From positions 1 through 64,000 of IMG/VR virus record IMGVR_UViG_3300037846_000091: a DNA stretch of 64,000 nucleotides; one strand, 5' to 3'. This document shows positions 1-8,668 of the stretch, piece after piece (position 1 is the first letter of the stretch; the number at the start of each line of letters is the position of its first letter). The notes below the pieces were generated by a model. That model worked only from the letters and a program-made list of their open reading frames with translations. It made no database searches and was not told the DNA's origin. The position numbers and the translations under genes were made by a program. Source of the stretch: a virus. Lineage: Duplodnaviria; Caudoviricetes.

Positions 1-1
1 C

Positions 2-214
2 GCCTATCCCGAGTTAAGTCTGCCAGCCAGACCGACGCAATTTCCGGGCGGCAGCGCGGCCAAGCGACAGCTCTGCCGCGAGCGCCTGGCCAACGGCCTA
101 ACACCTTGCCACCCGCAAGACTCCCCTCCCGACCCTCCCGACGTTGACCGAATCATCAACACCCGCAGCAATGGTTCCGTGCGCCGGCGCGGACTTCGGA
201 GGAAACCCAAATGA
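2..214 (+). CDS. 3' end of a phage hypothetical protein (partial, runs off the window)
   Basis: Open frame from the window edge (AYPELSLPARPTQFPGGSAAKRQLCRERLANGLTPCHPQD...) whose TGA overlaps the ATG of the next gene (ATGA coupling). Confidence 0.5.
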   Translation, partial: AYPELSLPARPTQFPGGSAAKRQLCRERLANGLTPCHPQDSPPDPPDVDRIINTRSNGSVRRRGLRRKPK

Positions 215-939
215 AGGAGCTAACCTTGACGCAACTACGCCTCGACGAAATCCGCAGGGACGGCGGCACACAGACCCGCGCTCGCGTCTACGAAGATTGG
301 GCCGTGCAAATGGCCGATCACCTGCGAGCTGGCGGCACACTTCCGCCCATAGTGGTGTACAGGGATGTAGACAGGTATAACTGGCTCTCTGAGGGCTTCC
401 ACCGCTTTCGCGCGCACGAGTTGGCCAAGCGGCGGGCCATCGAGTGCGACTTGCGTGAAGGTACGCTCCGACAGGCCATACTGAACGCGCTTTCGTCGAA
501 CCTGGAGCACGGCAAGCAACTCACCCCGGAGGACAAGCGGCACGCGGTCGGCATCATGCTGGCGGACTCCGAGTGGTCCAAGTGGTCCAAGGCGGAAATC
601 GCCAAGCAATGCGGGGTGTCCCGTTCCCTGGTTCTCAGCATCATCCGAGAGAGCAGCGCATCATGGCGCGAAACCAAGATGCGCCGTAAGTGCAAGCGGG
701 GCAAGAAGATATATACACAACCCTCCACCAGAAAAACCAAGACGAACGCCAAATCCGTCATGGACGCGGAGGACGACGAGGACATCGAGGCTGCGGAGTG
801 GCGGGCGCTGCTCCTGGAGGCTGCGGAGGACATCAAATCGTCGCGTGGCGACGTGGCGGCGCTCGATGGAACCGAGATTGCCGTGAAGCATCTGGACGCG
901 GCCCTGGAGGAACTGGCGCGGCTGGTGAGGACGGAGTGA
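211..939 (+). CDS. ParB/Srx-like nuclease-domain protein with C-terminal HTH
   Basis: LDEIRRDGGTQTRA...LPPIVVYRD...LSEGFHRFRA matches the ParB N-terminal pattern (G-x-HR). WSKAEIAKQCGVSRSLV is HTH-like. Confidence 0.8.
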   Translation: MKELTLTQLRLDEIRRDGGTQTRARVYEDWAVQMADHLRAGGTLPPIVVYRDVDRYNWLSEGFHRFRAHELAKRRAIECDLREGTLRQAILNALSSNLEHGKQLTPEDKRHAVGIMLADSEWSKWSKAEIAKQCGVSRSLVLSIIRESSASWRETKMRRKCKRGKKIYTQPSTRKTKTNAKSVMDAEDDEDIEAAEWRALLLEAAEDIKSSRGDVAALDGTEIAVKHLDAALEELARLVRTE

Positions 940-1199
940 CGCAGGCATGTCAGCGGCGGTACAGTGTCTCGCTCCCTTCCGGAGCCAGCCATGCCGCCGT
1001 CACCGTGCCCACCGCCGCCGCGTCCCACGTCCCTGGAGCTTGCCCGGCAGCTTCTGACGCAGCTTCGGCTGGAGAAGCAGCCCATGCACCTGATTGACAA
1101 GGCGCACGTCATTGTGGAGCTTCTGAAGCCGAGAACCAAGCTCAAAAAGTGATACCGGACGTTCCGATTGAGCTATACATGCGGATACCGATTGAATAA

Positions 1200-1712
1200 G
1201 ATGGTCTGTAGAAATGGTACGAGCCGGGTTGTAGCCCGGCTCGCGTGAACCATGAGCGTCTGTGACGGAAGCTCAATGTCAATGATACCCGCCGCCTCTG
1301 GCATGTCAAGCACATTCGGGCTTCCCCGGTTTATCCGCGCCGATTTTGCCGGACCCAAAAATCCAAGGTGCGTGAAGGTATGCGCCGCGTTTCAAAGCTC
1401 GCGCGGTGAGTCAGGCAGGGAGAACAAAGGGGCCATCCAGCGTTTGAGAAACGACTGGTTGCCGGGCAACGGTCTGGTAGTCGATCCAGAAAAAGAGGCT
1501 ACGTCCCGGTCCATGCGGCACAGCCGCCCTAATACTGCGAAAGCAGTCCCCTCGAAAACCCTGTAAGTTCTCGGCAAGGGAAGCCCGAGCCCGCCTGATT
1601 CCGCAAGGCCGCAACGTCACAGACCCCGGCATCCCGAAGGCCAATACAGCCCCTCTCCTGAGAGAACGGGTATATTAGGCTGGGATGCCTCTTTGCGCCA
1701 GTGCAGGCGTTG
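1200..1712 (+). ncRNA. Candidate large structured non-coding RNA (family not recognised; strand uncertain)
   Basis: No convincing ORF. Many hairpins read by eye: cgagccggg/cccggctcg, ccag-cgttt/aaacg-ctgg, gttgcc/ggcaac, actgc-GAAA-gcagt, ctcgg/ccgag, ggcatccc/gggatgcc, and long-range cgcctg/caggcg. Confidence 0.35.
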
Positions 1713-1737
1713 ACACCGCCGAAGCGGAAGGTAAAAT
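1710..1737 (+). promoter_or_regulatory. Sigma70-like promoter
   Basis: TTGACA (1710-1715), 16 nt, TAAAAT (1732-1737). Confidence 0.55.
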
Positions 1738-1816
1738 GAGCTTGAGATTGCGCTTTAGCGAAGCCTCTGTCTGAACAGGAGGCCAAATATGTGAGTGCTT
1801 GCTTTTCCAAGGTGCT

Positions 1817-1849
1817 GAGCCGGCATCCGAAATGGTGCCGGCTCTTTTC
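1817..1849 (+). terminator. Intrinsic terminator/attenuator-like hairpin
   Basis: gagccggca...tgccggctc stem followed by TTTT, about 100 nt downstream of the promoter at 1710. Confidence 0.55.
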
Positions 1850-1988
1850 ATGCGCATCTCTTCACGCAACCCCATTGGCCTTCGGCAACTTCCGTCGCTT
1901 ACCATGCGCCAACCCGCCCCGACAGCGGGCCTGTGCCACTTGTCCGAGACGGCGCAGGTGTGGGGGCGGGCTTTCAAAGGGGGCCGCA

Positions 1989-2483
1989 GTGGAGAACTGG
2001 ACACCTGCCGAAGTCATCGGTGTGATAGGTGCCCTCGGCACCCTGATTACGCTGCTCGGCAAAACCATCGTGGACATAATCCTCACCGCGAAGACGCGGA
2101 AGGAAATCAAGGGGGTCAAGGACGACCTGGCCGCGAACACGCAGATAACCAAGGAAGGCACGGCCAGCGCGACGGAGAACGCCAAGCTGGCGGCGGACAC
2201 GGCGACGGAGGCCAAGGACACAGCCAAGGCTGTGTCTCAGGACATCAAGGACAAGCTGAACGGGGGCCTGGACTCGGCTATCGAACAGCTGGTCAGGCCG
2301 ATATTCCAGGCCCACGATGCCCGGATTGCCACGTTGGAGCGGGATATGGCGGCCATCAAGGCGTCTGTCGAGGGGGTGTCGCGGAACGTCGATTCGACCC
2401 GCCACGAGATGCGCGGGCACCTTCAAGCGGTCACGAACAAGCTGGACCTGATCGGTACGCAGTTGCCAAAGAAGGACGGCTGA
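1989..2483 (+). CDS. Membrane-anchored coiled-coil protein (possibly lysis-related)
   Basis: GTG start after aaagggg. N-terminal hydrophobic helix EVIGVIGALGTLITLLG followed by heptad-rich sequence. Confidence 0.6.
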   Translation: MENWTPAEVIGVIGALGTLITLLGKTIVDIILTAKTRKEIKGVKDDLAANTQITKEGTASATENAKLAADTATEAKDTAKAVSQDIKDKLNGGLDSAIEQLVRPIFQAHDARIATLERDMAAIKASVEGVSRNVDSTRHEMRGHLQAVTNKLDLIGTQLPKKDG

Positions 2484-2486
2484 TCC

Positions 2487-2717
2487 ATGAACCTCGGTCA
2501 ACTCTTGCTCGCCATCTTCTTGATCGTGTTCGGCCTGTCGTTGTTGCTGGCGCTGGCCATCCCCGGCTGGGTCATCGGCCTGCTGGCCATCGTGGCGGGC
2601 ATCTTGCTGCTGGCGGGGAGGCAGTCCAATGGCCGTGATATTCTTGCTGGTGTTTCTGTTCGCTCTGTTCGCCAGCGTCATCATCGTTTGCCTGTTGGTG
2701 AGGCTGACCCAGTCTGA
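2487..2717 (+). CDS. Small two-TM membrane protein
   Basis: LLLAIFLIVFGLSLLLALAIPGWVIGLLAIVAGILLLAGR. Confidence 0.6.
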   Translation: MNLGQLLLAIFLIVFGLSLLLALAIPGWVIGLLAIVAGILLLAGRQSNGRDILAGVSVRSVRQRHHRLPVGEADPV

Positions 2718-3054
2718 ATTCCGCAAGTGCGCCGATTGCGGTTGCCTCATCGACACGTCGGGGAAAAGAGAACCTCCAGACGGCTGGCAGTTAGCGGACG
2801 GTCGCACCGTTTGCGGGCCGTGCTGCGCAGCCGATACCGCAATGTGCCTGTCTCGGTGGGTGAGCATGGGACATTGAAATGGCAACATGGCATTTCTGGC
2901 CTAGCTGCTTTCGCATCCGGCCGCGCGTAGGCGGTACAGTTGACATCTGCTCTGCTGGCAGGCGAGCTCCCGGCCCCGGTCTGAGTTGTCGCGGTTCAAA
3001 GCCTGCCAGCTGCCCCGGCAATTGGACCGGGGCCAGGTGCTTTTCGGGAAAACC

Positions 3055-4047
3055 ATGCTCCTCGAACCGATCCACGGAGTTGTGACCAGCGACGGGTACG
3101 GCGACTACCTCGAAGTTTCCCTGTCCCACAACCGGGAGTTGTTCGACCACTGCGTCGTGGCAACCTCGACAGCGGACACCGAATCGCAGAGGATCGCCGG
3201 CAAGTACGACTGCACGCTGATCGTTACCGACGAACACAAGGCTGGCGGTGGTTTCAACAAGGGGATGCTGGTTGAGCGGGCCCTGCAACAGCTTCCCTCG
3301 ACCGGCTACCACTGCCATTTTGATGCCGATACGATTCTGCCGGGCAACACCCGGCGACGTCTGGCGGCAGCCCTGCACGACCGCCAGGGCATCTACGGCG
3401 CGGACCGGATGAACGTCGTGGGGTGGGATGCTTACCAGCAACTGCTGGCGACCGGCTGGGCAACGCGGGGATTCGAGCATCACCACTTTCTGAGCTACAG
3501 CATCAACCGGGCCGAGATCGGCTCGCGGCTTATTTATGGAGATCAATCTTGGGTCCCCTTGGGCTACTTTCAGCTGTGGCATTCCAGCGTGGAGTACACG
3601 GGCATTTACCGGACGCGGCCCTATGCGGTGGGCTCGGCCTCGTGCGCCCATGACGACGTGCAGTTTGCCCTGCGGTTTGACCGCCGGCACCGGCACCTGA
3701 TACCCGAGTTTCTGGTCGCGCACCTGGTCACGGACGACAGCGGTTATGGTGTCAACTGGAACGGACGCAAGACGAAGAAATTCGGGCCGGCACCGCAGAA
3801 GGCCGGACCAGCAGCAGAGGGCTACCATCCAACGGTCTACCGCGGCGTAGTGGAGTTGGTTCACGGTGAGGAGCTGGTGTTGCGGGCCGAGCGAGTGCAT
3901 GTGTTCCGGGTGCCAGCGACATGCACGATAACCCTGGACGGCCATCCGGCCAAGCTGACCCAGCTGCGGCACGGCTACCGGGCGGAAGTGACGGCTGAAC
4001 GGGGGACGGCGTTGAAGATCGTGGCAAGGCGAGACGGAGGGCGCTGA
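3055..4047 (+). CDS. Glycosyltransferase (GT-A/GT2-like)
   Basis: N-terminal GVVTSDGYGDYL, FNKG, DxD motif (HFDADTIL), LGYFQLWH and DDVQFA. Confidence 0.7.
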   Translation: MLLEPIHGVVTSDGYGDYLEVSLSHNRELFDHCVVATSTADTESQRIAGKYDCTLIVTDEHKAGGGFNKGMLVERALQQLPSTGYHCHFDADTILPGNTRRRLAAALHDRQGIYGADRMNVVGWDAYQQLLATGWATRGFEHHHFLSYSINRAEIGSRLIYGDQSWVPLGYFQLWHSSVEYTGIYRTRPYAVGSASCAHDDVQFALRFDRRHRHLIPEFLVAHLVTDDSGYGVNWNGRKTKKFGPAPQKAGPAAEGYHPTVYRGVVELVHGEELVLRAERVHVFRVPATCTITLDGHPAKLTQLRHGYRAEVTAERGTALKIVARRDGGR

Positions 4048-5523
4048 GTGTGGCGACTGTTGACCGGCCTACTGCTGCTGCTGCTGGCGCTGACGGCGTT
4101 GTCGCAGCCGGCGCCGGTCGATGCGCTGCTGAGTCCGGCGCAGGTAGTGAAGCTGGCAGCGGACGACCTGGCGGGACTGCCGGCCGACGTGCAGCCGCAC
4201 ATTCGGTATATCTCGCTGGCGATGCTGCCGGCGACAAAGCGGAGTTCATGGGCGGCGGTGTTGAGTGGTCACGTCAATGGCTTGAGCAGGGAGGTTGACC
4301 TTGTCCAACTTGCATCCGTGGGGGGCGGATTTCTGTTGCGGGTTAACCTACTTGACTACGGGATTGACCCCCGCGTCTGGGACAAACTCCCAGACCCCTA
4401 CTTTACGGCGAGAATCCGCACGACGCTCAAAACGCTCTGGCCTGGTGGTGTCTGGACTGACGGCCAAAGCTATGCGGCTGGCTCTTTTGTGTGGGTCCGT
4501 GAAGAGGTCACTGTCGCAACCGCTCCCTGGCTCTCCGAGACGCCAGCCGGCAAAACGGCGGTAACGTACCTTGCGGCGCAGACTGGCTCACCGGTGCCGG
4601 TGGTTCATGGACCGTGGTTCCTCTGGCAGACGGCCACGGATGAGGGACGCGGCGGGTTGGGGTACAGCGGGTTTCTCGGGGTCAAGAACCAGAAGGACTT
4701 CGAGAACCTCGTGCGATTCGACGCGAAGCAATCGGCCAAGCTGGAGCATCTTCGCGGCATCGTGTGGTCGGACATTACCCAGCAGCCGCGACGTTTTAAG
4801 TTGGGAAAGACCACGGTCGGAGGCGGCGGGTACTACGAGACATTCGATAGCGCCCTGGCTGTGGACGCGAAGAACCCAATCCGTGTCCTTGAGGATGCGG
4901 GCAACGGATTCGAGTTCGACGTAACTGAAAAAATAGCGGCGGGTCTTAATGGCTGGCCTAAGAACTACCTCGGAAACTCGAAGGGTGAGAGGGCCGACAA
5001 AGCGCCGGACAACATCGTGCAGGGGGACCACACGGGGACGAGGTCAAAGGAACTGCTCAACAACATCTCCTGCTGGGGGTGTCACACGGAAGGAAAGGCT
5101 TTCGATTACATCCGTCCGATTGACCCCGTGCCAATCCGCAAGCTGACGAGTTACGACTACGAGACGTTCCTGACGCTCAAGAGGCAGTACAAGCGAGACG
5201 CCACGTTGCAGACGCAAATGGCCATCGACCGGGCGAGCTTTGCCGGTGCCGTGAAAGAGGCAACGGGCATGACGATTCAGGAGTTCGGGCAGTCGTACAG
5301 GGCATACTACAACGCCCACGACGACCTGCGAGCGGGGGTAGCTCAGGTGAGCCGCGATTGGGGGCTGACCGGGGCGCAGGTGACGCGGGCGATGCGAGAC
5401 TACGGCGAGGACAGGCTAGACCCGGTTCTCTCAATTGTGCTGAGTGGTGGAACGATTCCTCGCTCGGCTTACGAAGAGTTGCAGCCCGTGCTGGCTCAGG
5501 TGTTCGCGGGGGTGAAGCGGTGA
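4048..5523 (+). CDS. Secreted protein with a c-type heme motif (planctomycete-type cytochrome-like)
   Basis: Signal peptide MWRLLTGLLLLLLALTALSQ and a CxxCH motif (SCWGCH). Confidence 0.6.
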   Translation: MWRLLTGLLLLLLALTALSQPAPVDALLSPAQVVKLAADDLAGLPADVQPHIRYISLAMLPATKRSSWAAVLSGHVNGLSREVDLVQLASVGGGFLLRVNLLDYGIDPRVWDKLPDPYFTARIRTTLKTLWPGGVWTDGQSYAAGSFVWVREEVTVATAPWLSETPAGKTAVTYLAAQTGSPVPVVHGPWFLWQTATDEGRGGLGYSGFLGVKNQKDFENLVRFDAKQSAKLEHLRGIVWSDITQQPRRFKLGKTTVGGGGYYETFDSALAVDAKNPIRVLEDAGNGFEFDVTEKIAAGLNGWPKNYLGNSKGERADKAPDNIVQGDHTGTRSKELLNNISCWGCHTEGKAFDYIRPIDPVPIRKLTSYDYETFLTLKRQYKRDATLQTQMAIDRASFAGAVKEATGMTIQEFGQSYRAYYNAHDDLRAGVAQVSRDWGLTGAQVTRAMRDYGEDRLDPVLSIVLSGGTIPRSAYEELQPVLAQVFAGVKR

Positions 5524-5975
5524 GTTCATCCGCAGTAGAAACCTACAAGCACATTCGCCGTGTGCAGGCTGGCCTGGACCTTGTTATCCGCGACCTGCTG
5601 ACGCGCTCACAGGTTCACGATTCAAGCAAGCTCTCAAGCCCAGAGGTTGAGGCTTTCGACGAGTACACCCCAAAACTGGCCGGATGCACTTATGGTTCTG
5701 AGGAGTACCGCAGCTACCTCGACGCCATGCGGCCCGCGCTTGAGCATCACTACCGCAACAACAGCCATCACCCGGAACATTACGCAGACGGCATCCGAGG
5801 AATGTCCTTGCTGGACCTGATTGAAATGCTTGTAGACTGGAAGGCCGCAACGCTGCGGCACAATGACGGAGACATTCGCCGGTCGGTTGAAATCAATCAG
5901 AAGCGGTTCGGTTACTCCGACGAACTGAAACAGATTTTCCTGAACACGCTACCGCTCATTGAGGGCCAAAAATGA
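5520..5975 (+). CDS. DUF5662-like (HD-type) phage protein
   Basis: KHIRRV...HDSSKL...HHYRNNSHHPEH...DLIEMLVDW pattern. The GTG start overlaps the previous stop. Confidence 0.7.
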   Translation: MSSSAVETYKHIRRVQAGLDLVIRDLLTRSQVHDSSKLSSPEVEAFDEYTPKLAGCTYGSEEYRSYLDAMRPALEHHYRNNSHHPEHYADGIRGMSLLDLIEMLVDWKAATLRHNDGDIRRSVEINQKRFGYSDELKQIFLNTLPLIEGQK

Positions 5976-6634
5976 TCCGCCTTCCGCGTCTCTTCGCTTT
6001 CGCCATCCTCCCCCTCTGCTTGCTCGTGCTGCTCGCGCCCTGCGCTGACGCCACGGGCTGCCGCGTGGTCGCGCCAGCGCAAATCGTGGTGCCGGTGGCA
6101 ACCGTGGTGACGCCCTATGTCACGCCGGTGGCTGTGGTGCAGGCGGTCCCCGTGTTGTACCAGCAGCAATATTCCGTGACCTACGCCGGATCGTCTGTCA
6201 GCGACCTTCAGACAGCGACCGCTGAGTTGCGTGTGGCCCTGGCCGAATTCAAGGGCTACACCGCTGGATTCGCGGCGAGCATCAAGGGCGGAACCGTGCC
6301 CGGACCGCTCCAGCCGAGGGCCGCGCCCCGCATGTCGCAGGCCGATGAGCCAGCGGTAGTTCCCCTGATGGTGACGCGGTGCGCCGGCTGTCATGATGCC
6401 GCTGTGGCCGCGAGCAAAGGCGGGAAGCTCGTGCTGACGGAGGCTGGCCGGGCCAAGGTGCTGACGCCAGAGGATCTTGGAAGCGTCCTTGATCGCCTAT
6501 CCACGAAGGACGCATCGCGGGCCATGCCGCGTGGGCAACAGATTTCAGCGGAGGAGCGGTTGGCACTGATCCAGGCGGCGATGGCGGGGCAGGGTCAGGC
6601 GGCACAACCGCAGCAGCAGGGAGCAAAAGAATGA
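5972..6634 (+). CDS. Secreted protein with a C-terminal cytochrome c domain
   Basis: Signal peptide, Val/Pro/Tyr-rich linker, RCAGCH heme motif, and a distal MP (AMPRG) as a possible axial Met. Confidence 0.7.
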   Translation: MIRLPRLFAFAILPLCLLVLLAPCADATGCRVVAPAQIVVPVATVVTPYVTPVAVVQAVPVLYQQQYSVTYAGSSVSDLQTATAELRVALAEFKGYTAGFAASIKGGTVPGPLQPRAAPRMSQADEPAVVPLMVTRCAGCHDAAVAASKGGKLVLTEAGRAKVLTPEDLGSVLDRLSTKDASRAMPRGQQISAEERLALIQAAMAGQGQAAQPQQQGAKE

Positions 6635-7114
6635 CGCTGGCCAACCAGGTTGATAAACTCGCCTGTCGCGCTATCAAGCTTGAAGGATTGGCTGGCGATA
6701 TGTTGGCGACGATCAAGATTAACTTCGAGCGGGGCTACCTAATAGCCCAGAACGACGAAGGCAAACTTAACCTACAAAAGATCGTCGCTTCGTGGGAGAA
6801 ACAGTTGGCTGAAGCCAAGGAGTAGCCTGGTGTGCCCACGCCCGAGCAATCGCTGGTCGTCATGGTGTTGTCCGGCCGCATCGGCGACGTGCCGGAATTC
6901 GCGGCGTACATCGGTGCCAATGGAGCCCGGCTGCGAGCAAAGGTTATGGTTCACAGGCGTGCGATTGCGGATCACTTTTGCAAGCTGATGGCCCGCAAGT
7001 ATCCGCCGCCGGTCTGGGAAGCGATGCTGGTTGCCCGTGAAACGTGGTTCGCCGAGTTTGAGTCGTCGAAATTGAAAACCGAAACGCCCAAGAAGCGAAA
7101 GGTAAGGTGTCCCC

Positions 7115-7639
7115 GTGCGTAACAAGTGTGTGATCGCTCTCCTGTCCCTGGTGCTGCTGGTCAGCGCCGCCCCGGCGTGCAATGTGGGTGTTCCCGCATT
7201 CGCGGCCGTCGCCAGCTACAGCTACGCTCAGGCTGCCCTGATTGTCCCGCCGGCCGTGGCCTACGTTGTGCCGTCCGTGGTGACGCAGACCACAACCCGC
7301 GTCGAAACGGTAACGCAGGCCCCGCAGGTGGTGTACACCGCGCCGGCCGTCGTCTTTCAGCAGGTGCAGTACATCCCGGCGTTCGTCCAGCTGGCGAGCT
7401 ACTACACGTCGTCGCCTTACGTCAACGCGGTGTTCGCCAGCCGTCGCTTCGTTCGCCGTGCCGCAGTAGTTCCGGTGCGCCCGGCCGTCGTCGCTCGCCG
7501 CGCTCTGGCGGTGCGACCTGCTGTAGCCGTCCGTCCCGCCGTGGCCGTCCGCGTCGGCGGCGTGCGGCGGGTTGGTGTAGCCGTGGGAGTGGGCCGCGTT
7601 GGCGTGTTCGGCTTCCGCGGCATTCGCCGGTTCCGGTAA
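7115..7639 (+). CDS. Secreted Val/Ala/Pro/Arg-rich low-complexity protein
   Basis: Signal peptide followed by repeats such as AVRPAVAVRPAVAVRVGG. Confidence 0.55.
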   Translation: MRNKCVIALLSLVLLVSAAPACNVGVPAFAAVASYSYAQAALIVPPAVAYVVPSVVTQTTTRVETVTQAPQVVYTAPAVVFQQVQYIPAFVQLASYYTSSPYVNAVFASRRFVRRAAVVPVRPAVVARRALAVRPAVAVRPAVAVRVGGVRRVGVAVGVGRVGVFGFRGIRRFR

Positions 7640-7724
7640 ACCTGCAACGGGCTGGCGGCCGGTGCAGCACCCACTTGCAACCCAAACGGCCGCCAGCTTT
7701 TCTCTCACTCGAAAGGACACGACC

Positions 7725-7991
7725 ATGAAAACAATCAGTGACCATGCGGCCAAGCAGATGGCTCTCGGCGTCGGTGCCGGCTTCAGTCTGGAGCAACTGA
7801 TCGCTCTGCTGATCCAGTACGGTCCGCAGGCAATCACCATCGCGCTGGCCGTCGCTGCGGCGGTCAAGAGCGCGAATCCGGTGGCCGCGCTGGAAGCCCT
7901 GGCCGTGCAGTACGGCCCCACGGTGTACGCGATTGCCGTGACGGTAGCCGGGTGGTTCGGTGTGGCCTTGCCGCCGCTGCCGGTAGCGTGA
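7725..7991 (+). CDS. Small hydrophobic protein with an internal duplication
   Basis: RBS gaaagga. LEQLIALLIQYGP and LEALAVQYGP are repeated helices. Confidence 0.6.
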   Translation: MKTISDHAAKQMALGVGAGFSLEQLIALLIQYGPQAITIALAVAAAVKSANPVAALEALAVQYGPTVYAIAVTVAGWFGVALPPLPVA

Positions 7992-8421
7992 TTCACTCGC
8001 CGGCTGCGGTTATGCCTTGGGGACATTGAGCGGGTAGTGCGCCACACAACCGGCTCGTTCCGACCGCGGCCGGCGAATTACTCAGGTGACGCATGAGTGA
8101 GCCGAAAACTATGGACAGACGTGGGTTTATCTCGCTCGTGCCAGCGGTCCTTGCGACCGCCGTTACGTTGCAGGTTTTTAAGCCTGCAATCAAAGGCCCC
8201 GTCTGGTGTGAACCGGCAAGCGGCGCCTGGGTGTGCGGGGTGGAATCGCTCCCATACGTCTACGGTCAACGTGTTATCAGCGTGTGCAACCAAGGGGGCG
8301 ACCTTTGGTGCATCCGCATACGACGCGGAGACAAATGGGACGAAGAAGAATTTTTGAAAGTACGCGGCGACATGGAAATAGCCAAACAGGCCGCCCAAAA
8401 TTTTTGGTCAAGGTGACGTAT

Positions 8422-8664
8422 ATGTCCGCATCCGGCGTGCCCGCAGCCCTGCTTCTGATCGTCGGCCTGGCGGTGTTCGTCGGCGTCATGGCCGTGATTG
8501 ATTACGCCATCATCAAGGCCAAGGGCGAGAAGTATTCGATGACCTGGGGAATCAGGTTCCTTTGGGTATCGCAACCGTTCACCATGTTCATGGTCGTGTT
8601 GCTGTTCGGTGTCCTGATTGGCACGCTGGCCATGCACTTTGCCTTCGGGCATTTCTCGGAGTGA
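8422..8664 (+). CDS. Two-TM membrane protein (holin-like topology)
   Basis: 80 aa with two hydrophobic segments, directly upstream of the S53 protease. Confidence 0.5.
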   Translation: MSASGVPAALLLIVGLAVFVGVMAVIDYAIIKAKGEKYSMTWGIRFLWVSQPFTMFMVVLLFGVLIGTLAMHFAFGHFSE

Positions 8665-8668
8665 CGAC

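Noticed and set aside
1490-1700. HEARO/omegaRNA (IscB-associated) identity for the structured region
   Set aside because: GGCTACGT, TCGGCAAGG and GGGATGC resemble fragments but are not in the order I recall for that family, and no IscB/TnpB is adjacent.
8060-8090. HDV-like (theta) ribozyme suggested by GGCGAAT
   Set aside because: The required nested P1/P2/P3 pseudoknot cannot be built. The upstream stem encloses the whole element.
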